From Candidatus Bathyarchaeota archaeon (lineage in GTDB: Archaea > Thermoproteota > Bathyarchaeia > Bathyarchaeales > DTEX01): 64,000 bases of DNA. A program made the translations under genes and the position numbers. Location of the stretch: positions 157,447 to 221,446 of the forward strand of contig CAVQNT010000007.1 of the NCBI GenBank assembly GCA_963714275.1, written 5' to 3'. The notes beneath the pieces were generated by a model. That model did not search any database. It was not told the DNA's origin and was given only the letters and a program-made list of their open reading frames with translations. Position 1 is the stretch's first letter; every line of letters begins with the position of its first letter. This document shows positions 55,834 through 64,000 of the stretch, in pieces.

Positions 55834-57084
55834 ATGACTGAAAAAACGAATCCTCTTGATTCTGCCCTGCAACAGCTGAATATAGCTACTCAGATGTTGA
55901 ATATTGATCCAGGTATTTATGAGATCCTCAAGTACCCAAAAAGAACACTCACGGTATCTGTGCCCGTGAAAATGGATGATGGCGAAATCAAGGTTTTCAC
56001 TGGATACAGGGTTCAACATACCGATGCAAGAGGTCCGTATAAGGGGGGAATTCGATATTACCCAGAAATGAATTTAGATGAAGTAAAAGCCCTAGCCATG
56101 TGGATGACATGGAAATGCGCTGTGACAGATATCCCTTATGGCGGTGCCAAGGGCGGAGTCTCTTGTTACCCCAAGGAAATGTCAATAGGCGAGTTAGAAC
56201 GAATGACACGAAGATATACTTCCATGATTTTTCAGTTTATAGGTCCTTATAGTGATGTTCCTGCCCCAGATGTTTACACTGATTCCCAGACTATGGCTTG
56301 GATTATGGACACCTACAGCCAGATTAAAGGATATTTAGTACCAGAAGTTGTTACAGGTAAGCCATTGCATCTAGGTGGATCAGAAGGAAGAGAGGAAGCA
56401 ACATCCTTAGGCGTCGTCTTTTGTATAAAAGAAGCATACAAAGAAAAAAAGATAAAATTAAAAGGAGCATCCGTGGCTATTCAAGGCTTCGGAAAAGTCG
56501 GATGGAATGTGGCTAAAATCCTTCATGGAGAAGGCTGCAAAATAACCGCTCTTAGCGATTCCAAGGGCGGTATTTACAATCCTGATGGAATAAACCCAAA
56601 TAAAGTCTTTGAATACAAAACACAAACAGGTTCTGTTTTAAGCTACAGTAACTGTAAAAACATAACCAATGAAGAGTTATTAGAATTAAATTGTGACATT
56701 TTGATTCCTGCCGCGATTGAGAACCAGATAACACGGAAAAATGCTGGAAACATTAAGGCAAAGTTGGTGGCAGAGGCTGCTAATGGTCCAACTACTTCAG
56801 ATGGCGGCAAAATTCTCAATGAGAAGGGAATCTTCGTCATCCCAGACATTTTAGCCAACGCTGGCGGCGTCACAGTAAGCTATTTTGAATGGGTGCAAAA
56901 CCTCCACCGTGAACACTGGCCTAAAGAAGAAGTAAACTCGAAGCTTAGAGACAAAATCATTAATGCTTATAGAGATGTTAATCTTATGGCAAAGAAAAGA
57001 GAAGTGGATATGAGAACTTCAGCCATTATGCTAGCAGTGAGAAGAGTGGCAGACGCGTTGAAATCTCTTGGAATATGGCCATAA
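55834..57084 (+). CDS. gdhA: Glutamate dehydrogenase
   Basis: GPYKGGIRY, GGAKGG, DVPAPD, QGFGKVG, EAANGP, NAGGVTVSYFEW. Confidence 0.95.
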   Translation: MTEKTNPLDSALQQLNIATQMLNIDPGIYEILKYPKRTLTVSVPVKMDDGEIKVFTGYRVQHTDARGPYKGGIRYYPEMNLDEVKALAMWMTWKCAVTDIPYGGAKGGVSCYPKEMSIGELERMTRRYTSMIFQFIGPYSDVPAPDVYTDSQTMAWIMDTYSQIKGYLVPEVVTGKPLHLGGSEGREEATSLGVVFCIKEAYKEKKIKLKGASVAIQGFGKVGWNVAKILHGEGCKITALSDSKGGIYNPDGINPNKVFEYKTQTGSVLSYSNCKNITNEELLELNCDILIPAAIENQITRKNAGNIKAKLVAEAANGPTTSDGGKILNEKGIFVIPDILANAGGVTVSYFEWVQNLHREHWPKEEVNSKLRDKIINAYRDVNLMAKKREVDMRTSAIMLAVRRVADALKSLGIWP

Positions 57085-57136
57085 TCAACGATCGGTCGAA
57101 TACAAAAAAAGAGTGTTCAAACGAAGTGATTATCAA

Positions 57137-57251
57137 CTAGCGCTAGCTAGCTTTGGGTTTGGCGCGCGCATTTTTGTGTGTGCGTGTTTTTTGTTTGTTG
57201 TGTGTATTGTATCTCTGTCTCTGCCTGTGTGTCTCTGTGTCTGTGTGTAAG
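57137..57251 (-). repeat. Linker plus TG-rich arm (core absent)
   Basis: CTAGCGCTAGCTAGC followed by a ~98-bp TG/TC tract. Confidence 0.6.
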
Positions 57252-57452
57252 TTACTTTTCTCTTTGTTTTATGATTACTAGATCTCCATCAATAGTAACT
57301 ATGCCAAACCGTGCCATCATCGTTATTTTCTCTTCTACGGTACGCTTTGTTTCTTCATTCTCCCCAAAAGCGCGGATGATCTCTTGTCTTTTTGCTTTAC
57401 CGTTATTTTTCATGAGATACTGATGTATCATATAATCTTGTACCTCAGACAT
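57252..57452 (-). CDS. Small winged-helix-like protein
   Basis: 66 aa, helix-helix-helix-beta hairpin pattern (FGIVTIDGDLV). Confidence 0.5.
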   Translation of the reverse strand: MSEVQDYMIHQYLMKNNGKAKRQEIIRAFGENEETKRTVEEKITMMARFGIVTIDGDLVIIKQREK

Positions 57453-57799
57453 AGATTCACCATGTTATAAATGTCACGAAGAACTTATGTAAGTTTCTAT
57501 TCACACACCAAGGAAACTTCAGAATATTCGGTGTGCAAGTATTTTGTGTGTGGTTTTTTTATTTTTTTTGTGTTCCATTCTCTCACGCTTTGGGAAGTTG
57601 GCTGCTTCTTGCTTTGTGTTGCTGAGCTTTCGCTTATGTGATGGGCCTTCGATGATTTTGGATTATGTGAAGAAACTCCTCTAAACTTGGTTAATATATA
57701 ATATTAATCTTAAATCACATATTTAGAAATCATAAATTTTATGTGCGATTTCGTGTAAATGTGGTTAGATAACAATGTTGTATAAAATTCATAAAATAG

Positions 57800-58288
57800 G
57801 TGGCTATTATGACCCGAGGTAAACCTTGGACTTTTGATGAGGAAAAGCAGCTCAAAAAAATGCTTGGAAATGGAACATCCATAGAAATTGTTGCGGATAA
57901 ACTCGGCAGGAAAGTTGATGCTGTTAGAATGAAGATTGTGCGTCTCGGCTTGTCAAATGTTGTTGAACATTCGTATAGAACAACAACTTTGAAGATGCCT
58001 AAAGATCTTTTCAGCGTTGAGGAAGCTTTGCAGTTTTTGGCTGCTGCGTTGAAGGCTTCTGTTCAGCCGGGGCTGGATAAGGTTGAGGTTCAGAGGCTTA
58101 ATGCTGTTGCGAACCTTGCTAAGACGTACAAGGAGATTTTGGCGGACTATGTTAATTATCGGGGGATTGAAGAACAAATAGTTGAGATGCAAGAGAAATA
58201 TAGTGTTCTTCTAGATAATGCGATCGAGGAGTCCAAGCATAACGCTTCCAAGGTAGCAGAGGCTTCAGACCAAAAAGCGGAATATTGA
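57800..58288 (+). CDS. Myb-like HTH plus coiled-coil protein, possibly of mobile-element origin
   Basis: GKPWTFDEEKQL...VADKLGRKVDAVRMK HTH. Confidence 0.6.
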   Translation: MAIMTRGKPWTFDEEKQLKKMLGNGTSIEIVADKLGRKVDAVRMKIVRLGLSNVVEHSYRTTTLKMPKDLFSVEEALQFLAAALKASVQPGLDKVEVQRLNAVANLAKTYKEILADYVNYRGIEEQIVEMQEKYSVLLDNAIEESKHNASKVAEASDQKAEY

Positions 58289-58620
58289 GGTTCCTTTTAT
58301 CGCTTGAGTTACAGTGCCCATCGAGGATCCTGCCATATTTCTTATTCAGATAGTTTACGTTAAGCCGACTACTGACGAAGTTATCTTCGAAATGTTTCTG
58401 GAGAAGCTATTTTTGTCTGCAAAAAATATTAACTTTTGACCTAAATTGTCTAGAAAATAAAGAAAGATGTTCTTTAATTTGGTTTCAATATTTATATATA
58501 TATAAAAATTAATTCTTAATTCAGTATAAATTAAGGAGGTATATCGAAAAATACTTCTTAAATGAATCATAAATTTTTTTAATTTTTCTCGTCTGCTTCT
58601 GTTAAGAAGGGGAATAATGA

Positions 58621-59050
58621 GTGGAGAATTCTAAAGACTTAAAATTATTCGTTGACGAGCTTCGGAAAGAATGGAAAGCCATGTGGTATTCCATGATTGA
58701 TGACAAAGTTAGGGCTGAAGGTATTGCGGACAAAACCTATGAACGTTTGTTTGTTGATCGTGGGCTTATTTTGTTTGCTTCGAGAAATTTTAGTCCGCCT
58801 GAGTTTCATGAGAATCTTAAGTAAATATTTGTCTTCTGATGAAGCGGAAAGATTTAATCCAAACCCTCTTAGGGGTGGAGTGAGGAAGTTTATTCGGGAA
58901 TACATAACTGTTCAGAAAAAGTCCAGTTTTAAACTTAAAGAAGAGACAAGAGTTGCGTTAGAAGAAATGAAAAGTCATCAGCAGCTCAAACATGGTGGAA
59001 GAGGATGGCTTCACCTAACAATGGACGAAGCCTGTAAAAAGCAATCTTGA
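58621..59050 (+). CDS. Hypothetical protein, frameshift ~58815
   Basis: Two overlapping collinear ORFs. Confidence 0.5.
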
Positions 59051-59308
59051 ATTTTTGAAATGAAAATAGCAAGCTCAGCTAACACACTTGACCCAAATAG
59101 TAGAACAGGCACAAAACGACAACAAAAGGAAAATCGGGATTACTTTCTACTTCAACAGGCATCGGCTCTTAATCTAAGAATCAAACAGCCTCATGATCTT
59201 CCCTTCTTAGCTAGCTAAATTAAAATTTAATCTTTACGAACTAAATTGAGATAGTTTTCGCGAAGTCTTTTTAAGAAACTTGTCAAATAAAACGAAATGA
59301 TGGTTGAT

Positions 59309-60101
59309 ATGTCTAGGTTCTTTAAGCGAAAGAAGAAGGAAGAGAAAGAAGGAAGAGAAAAAAGAAGAGAAAGAGGAAAGTTTGTTGAAGCAACTATGTG
59401 GAGACGATGAAAAACTATATGATGTTCTTGCAACTCTCCTGTATTTGAATCCTATAGCGGGAATATCCAAAACGGATCTCGAGATCCTCATCGAAGAAGC
59501 AGAGAAAAGCAACACGGAAAAAAATTATGAAGAGGCAATTCTCAAAAATAGAATGGTACTGGATAAGGCCATTTTCGAAGCCACTCAAAATCCGAGGGAA
59601 AAGAGTAGATACATCAAAGTCATCCAAGACCTCGCGTCGAAGACCGTACATATGACGGAGAAAACAAAAGAAGGGGTAGAGAAGAATGGACTCACCGACC
59701 AAGTTGCTTCCCTTGAGAGAAGAATTAAGAATTATAAATTTATTAGCGAAAGAATCGAAGACGTACTAAACGTAGACTTCTCAATTTTACAATGAGATAT
59801 TAGTAACGCTGGGAGAAACGGAGAGGCGCGAAGCAAGACGAGAAGAGAGAAGAGAAGCTGAGAGCGAAGAAACGAGAATAGAAGAAGAAGAAAAAGAGAA
59901 ACGAGAAAAGAGAATAAAAACGAGAAGAGAGATGGGAAGAGAAGAGAGAGAAAAAAGTGAGATTGAAGAGCAAAAAGAAGAGCGAAAAGCAAAGGAGAGG
60001 CACGAAGCAAGAGGAGAAGAGAGAAGAGAAAGGCTGAGAGCGAAGAAACGAGAATAGAAGAAGAAGAAAAAGAGAAACGAGAAGAGAGAAGAAAAAGATA
60101 A
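59309..60101 (+). CDS. Helical protein with long E/R/K-rich C-terminal tail, frameshifted
   Basis: ORF 59304-59795 continues in another frame as ERREARREERREAESEETRIEEEEKEKRE; TAA at 60099. Confidence 0.6.
59821..60089 (+). repeat. ~93-bp coding direct repeat (59821-59913 and 59995-60089)
   Basis: GCTGAGAGCGAAGAAACGAGAATAGAAGAAGAAGAAAAAGAGAAACGAGAA occurs twice. Confidence 0.85.
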
Positions 60102-60339
60102 AAATTTAATCCAAAACCCATTCTGTTCTATTCTGTGTATGCTCTCTACATTACTCTTTACTCTACTCTATTCTCTCCTATCACAATATACGATAAGGCT
60201 TCTTCATTAATCAGCGTTTCAAGTGTCTGACTATATCCGACTTTTATTCTTGGAATTTCGAGAGTGCAACAAGTTCTTTAAGGTTAAAAGGGTTTGGGGG
60301 TTAAAATTTACCTACCCGAATAAAGGGTAATTGCATTAG

Positions 60340-60612
60340 CTAGCTAGCTATTCCGAATTCTTGTAGGTTGTAGAATTGTTGAAGGTATTCTACGCCTTTT
60401 TCAGTGGTTTTAATTAAGCCACCGTTATTTTCAGAGTTTGCGATTAATCCTGCTTTTGTGAGTTTTTCTAGGTATTCATCCAGCATTTTGAAGTTCATGT
60501 TGGCTCCGTATACTATTCTTGTTTTTTTGGTGCCTTTTCTCGCAATTTTCAGGATCTCGGCAACAATTTCCAGGTTACTTCTTCTTTGGGACATATACAT
60601 TTTGGTTAACAT
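60340..60612 (-). CDS. Archaeal winged-helix regulator (HTH_45-like)
   Basis: RRSNLEIVAEIL, KKTRIVYGANMN, TTEKGVEYL; the stop lies in a TAGCTAGC linker. Confidence 0.85.
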   Translation of the reverse strand: MLTKMYMSQRRSNLEIVAEILKIARKGTKKTRIVYGANMNFKMLDEYLEKLTKAGLIANSENNGGLIKTTEKGVEYLQQFYNLQEFGIAS

Positions 60613-60896
60613 TGTTTCTTACCTCGCTTTCTAATTAAGGTTCCATATATGCCAGAGAAGCCTATTTTAAGGTTTTCTAACAGAAAAAGACAGTTTTTAC
60701 CAATATTGAACAAAAGAAAACGTTTTTTGCCACATAAAGAAAAACGACCATACTATTTCTTGTTTATGGAAAAAAATAATTCAATTTGCCAAATTTTGAG
60801 AAAAAGCTCAGCTGAATTGCATTTTTCCAAAGCAGTTATTGATCACAGTAATTTTGTTCATGTTTTGGTTGATTTCTTAGAAATGGAGGGTCTGTT

Positions 60897-61238
60897 TTGG
60901 TTAGGTATATAAGAAAGTCCAGAAGAGGAAATCGTAAAAAATTGGAGATTATACGAGACATTTTGCTTGTTGTAGCTGACTCTGGGGAATATGGTTCTAG
61001 GAAGACCCATATTATGTATGGGGCGAATTTGAGTGACGGACTACTAACTAGGTATCTTAATGATGCTTTAAACGCGGGTCTTGTTAAAGAAGAGAGTTCA
61101 AATTATTTCATTACAGAAAAAGGTAAAGTTTTCCTTGAAACTTTTAAAGATTACACAAGAAAAAAGACGGATATCGAGAAGCGTACAGTTTACCTGACGA
61201 ATGGAAGAAAAACGTTGGAACAGCTAATAGTATCCTGA
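60897..61238 (+). CDS. Archaeal winged-helix regulator (HTH_45-like)
   Basis: RKKLEIIRDIL, RKTHIMYGANLS, ITEKGKVFL. Confidence 0.85.
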   Translation: MVRYIRKSRRGNRKKLEIIRDILLVVADSGEYGSRKTHIMYGANLSDGLLTRYLNDALNAGLVKEESSNYFITEKGKVFLETFKDYTRKKTDIEKRTVYLTNGRKTLEQLIVS

Positions 61239-61291
61239 ATATGTTGATCTAAATTTTTTTATTTCTTTGCATTTTGAAGAAGTAGGATTTT

Positions 61292-61811
61292 ATGGCCAAA
61301 TTTTCTTTTCTGCACACTATCACAATCTACCTAGTATTATCATTACTGTTTTTGCCAGCCATCTTCAAAGCTAGTTCAACATACAACGAAAATGCGGATT
61401 CCTCCTCAACGCAGCAGGCTGAAGAAGTCTGTTTCATCAGCTTACGACGTGGTTTTAAAGGCTGAAAGCGCTGGGGCTAATGTTACTAATCTAATAATGA
61501 AGCTAAATGAGGCTGCGTCATATCTATCAACGGCTAAGAACCTGTTAAGAAACGAAGATCCTGATGGTGTTGCTGAGCTTACTTACAGTTCGATTGAAAT
61601 AGCCGAAAGTGTCAAAGTTGAAGCCACTAGTCTAAAAGCTTCAGCTCTGGCAGATCGTGACTTCGCCAACAAGATTTCTTTAATAATTTCAACTGTTGTG
61701 GTTTCAATCTTCCTTGTTTTCATGTTCTCTCTTTGGCAGGTATTCAAGAGATTTTATGTGCGTAAATTTTTGGATTTGACTCCTAAGGTTGTTTCTGATG
61801 TTAAGTCTTGA
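61292..61811 (+). CDS. Secreted/membrane helical protein, frameshift ~61410
   Basis: Signal peptide from 61292, AESAGANVTNLIMKLNEA, C-terminal TM. Confidence 0.65.
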
Positions 61812-62395
61812 AGATTGGGGGACAATATTCTTGTTAACAAGCATTGCTGGGGCACTTGTAATTGGGTCTCCGGCTTTGGCACTTGTCCTTCCTTCTCAGG
61901 CTGGTGAAAAGTTTTCTGAGCTTTACATTTTAGGTCCAAACCGATTGGCTGAGGACTACCCGTTTAACGTGAAGGCTGGCGAGAACTACAAGGTTTATTT
62001 GGGCATCGGCAACCACATGGGTTCTTCAGCCTACTACACCTTGTATGTGAAGTCTCGGAATCAAACTGAGCCTCTGCCTAATTCTACTGATGGTACACCC
62101 AGCCCCCTATCTGCCCTTTATGAGTACAGGATGCTTCTTCGTGACGGCGAAGTTTGGGAGGCACCTTTCAATTTTTCTTCTAAGTAATTTCTTTTTTTCT
62201 GGGAATAGTTGCAGTATTTATTATTTATCAATTAATAGTGAAACTCTTAATATTAGTAAGACAGCTTTGTGGGATTCTGGGAACAAGGGTTACTTTTTTG
62301 AGCTTTTCTTTGAGCTTTGGATTTATGATCCTCAGTCAGAGGTTTTTTCTTTCCATAACAGGTTCACTGGAATCTGGTTAAACATGACAGCATAG
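61789..62395 (+). CDS. DUF1616 domain protein, frameshift ~62180
   Basis: EKFSELYILGP, AEDYP, GIGNHMG, FELW. Confidence 0.8.
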
Positions 62396-62424
62396 TAGGC
62401 AAAACAGGTTTATGGAGGTGAGAC

Positions 62425-62667
62425 ATGATGAAAGACAGAATAACTGGAGCTTTGATTCTTGTTGGCGGAGTAGGATTTGCATTACTTTATTCATATTTGG
62501 TTCTCTTCTCTCTTTGGAGCTATTATGCGTTGGTTGCATTAGCTTTGGCTGCTGTACTAGGTCTTTCGGGTATAGCCTCTTGGATTGGATACACTATGGC
62601 TACGACTCCTCCACCTACTCCAATTGGTGAACTTGAGAAAGAAAAAGAGGATGAAAAGCCAGCCTAA
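62425..62667 (+). CDS. Small two-TM protein, DPM2-like pattern
   Basis: DRITGALIL...LLY...WIGYTMATTPPP. Confidence 0.7.
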   Translation: MMKDRITGALILVGGVGFALLYSYLVLFSLWSYYALVALALAAVLGLSGIASWIGYTMATTPPPTPIGELEKEKEDEKPA

Positions 62668-62770
62668 AACATAGAAAGGCGTCTTGCTCTATTGCATATT
62701 TCGTTCAATTTGGAGCATTTTGAATATTTCTTCAATACTGGTTAGTTAGAAAACTTTGGGAGGTATTTGA

Positions 62771-63886
62771 CTGAAGATTCCTTTAGCTAAGCCCATATTT
62801 GATGATGAGATGAAGTCTGCAGCAGTAGATGCACTGCAGAATGAAAGGTTCGTTTTAGGTGAAAGTGTCTTCAAATTTGAAGAGGAGTTTGCCAGGTATT
62901 GCGGAACCAAGTATGCTGTTTCGACAAGTTCTGGAACTAGTGCATTACAGCTTTCTCTTCTTGCTTTGGGTGTTGGGCTGGGTGATCAAGTTATCACTTC
63001 TCCTTTCTCTTTTATTGCCACTGCGAATGCTGCCTTACATAACGGTAGCTTACCTGTTTTTGCTGATGTAGAGGTCAAGACTTACAATATTGACCCAAAA
63101 ATTATTAGAGAAAAGGTGACTGAAAAGGTTAGAGCTGTAATTCCTGTTCATCTTTTTGGTTTTCCAGCTGACATGAATTCAATTTTGGGGTCTTGTCAGG
63201 GGCACACGCTTGCTGTTGTTGAGGATGCATGTCAAGCTCATGGGGCTGAATATTTCGGGCGGAAGGTTGGCACGATTGGGGATGCTGGTTGCTTCTCTTT
63301 CTATTCTTCTAAGAATATGACCGTTTGTGGCGATGGGGGTATGGTTGTTACCAACAATGAGGAAGTTGCGGAGAAGGTTGCTCGGTTAAGGGATTGTGGT
63401 AGAGTTTCACATTATGAACATGATTTGATTGGTTATACGGCTAGGTTAAACACAGTAAACGCTGCTATTGGTAGGGTTCAGCTTAGGAGGCTTGATGAGT
63501 GGAATGCGAAGAGGCGTGAACATGCTATGCTGTATGAGAGTCTTTTATCCGGTCTTGATGACATTATTCTTCCTCCAGGCGAGAATCCTAATGTCAAGCC
63601 TGTTTATCATCTATATGTCATCATCGTCATCACGAGTTTTAGGAACCAGTTGAAGGATTGGCTTGAGAAGAACGGAATTCAGTGTGGCATTCATTATCCA
63701 ATTCCGATTCATTTACAACCAATTTATAGGAAGTTGTTTGGTTACAGTAAAGGGGATTTTCCTAATTCTGAATTTTTGTCTGAGACTGTTCTAAGCCTGC
63801 CTATGTTTCCTGATCTTAAACGAGAAGAGGTCAAGTACATCTGCGAAAAAATAGGCGAATTTTTTATCCATAAAAATGTGGGGTGA
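62771..63886 (+). CDS. DegT/DnrJ/EryC1/StrS nucleotide-sugar aminotransferase
   Basis: SSGTSAL, EDACQAHGA, FSFYSSKN, GDGG, LSLPMFP. In-frame KIPLAKP upstream of the ATG suggests a CTG start at 62771. Confidence 0.92.
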   Translation: MKIPLAKPIFDDEMKSAAVDALQNERFVLGESVFKFEEEFARYCGTKYAVSTSSGTSALQLSLLALGVGLGDQVITSPFSFIATANAALHNGSLPVFADVEVKTYNIDPKIIREKVTEKVRAVIPVHLFGFPADMNSILGSCQGHTLAVVEDACQAHGAEYFGRKVGTIGDAGCFSFYSSKNMTVCGDGGMVVTNNEEVAEKVARLRDCGRVSHYEHDLIGYTARLNTVNAAIGRVQLRRLDEWNAKRREHAMLYESLLSGLDDIILPPGENPNVKPVYHLYVIIVITSFRNQLKDWLEKNGIQCGIHYPIPIHLQPIYRKLFGYSKGDFPNSEFLSETVLSLPMFPDLKREEVKYICEKIGEFFIHKNVG

Positions 63887-63890
63887 TGTT

Positions 63891-64000
63891 TTGAAGAAAG
63901 TTAATGTGGCCGTCATTGGTGCTGGTTATTGGGGTAAAAAGGTTATAAGCGAATATGCTAGGCTCTCGAAAGAGGATTCTGACCTGCACTTATTCGGAGT
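63891..64000 (+). CDS. Gfo/Idh/MocA oxidoreductase (partial)
   Basis: MKKVNVAVIGAGYWGKK. Confidence 0.75.
   Translation, partial: MKKVNVAVIGAGYWGKKVISEYARLSKEDSDLHLFG

Noticed and set aside
57068-57423. ORFs 57068-57250, 57178-57423, 29648-29863 and 53403-53627
   Set aside because: They are translations of low-complexity non-coding arms or antisense shadows.
59732-60121. Hydrophobic minus-strand ORFs (F/L/S-rich)
   Set aside because: Antisense of the purine-rich E/R/K coding tail.
21115-60350. CRISPR array
   Set aside because: No identical, regularly spaced 24-47 bp repeats and no cas genes.
2563-62395. Widespread pseudogenisation or programmed frameshifting
   Set aside because: Single-base indels also hit core genes (lysX, lysY) and show no shared slippery motif; long-read consensus error is more likely.

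Overview
Archaeal chromosomal window, most likely from Bathyarchaeia (inferred from the gene repertoire: MtrH-like methyltransferase, LysW pathway, tandem thermosome genes, eL22-like protein, Alba, DUF1616 cluster). Many single-base frameshifts, including in core genes (lysX, lysY), suggest an error-prone long-read assembly. Housekeeping blocks are tmk, mtrH-like, tRNA-Gly(TCC), rhomboid, lysWXYZJK plus Lrp, AK6, two thermosome subunits, gdhA and the start of a glycosylation cluster. Between them lie accessory stretches (about 10.7-12.6, 21-47.5 and 51-60.6 kb) made of single unrelated genes and gene fragments. The most striking signal is non-coding. Most junctions between accessory pieces carry a degenerate 4-bp-periodic linker (TAGC/TAAC/TGAC/TGAG units, e.g. 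CTAGCTAACTAGCTAGCTAAGC) that places stop codons in several or all frames. These linkers sit exactly where genes are truncated. Many are joined by a strand-biased arm of about 95-110 bp to a near-palindromic TAAAATTTA core whose flanks are swapped between copies. Together this looks like an undescribed gene-capture/cassette or end-joining system; no recombinase is visible in the window. Other points of interest are a rhomboid-Hsp20 fusion, a DUF362-TM-CdvA-like fusion, eL22-like and DPM2-like proteins, a Bacteroidota-type GH130 and a 166-bp inverted repeat.
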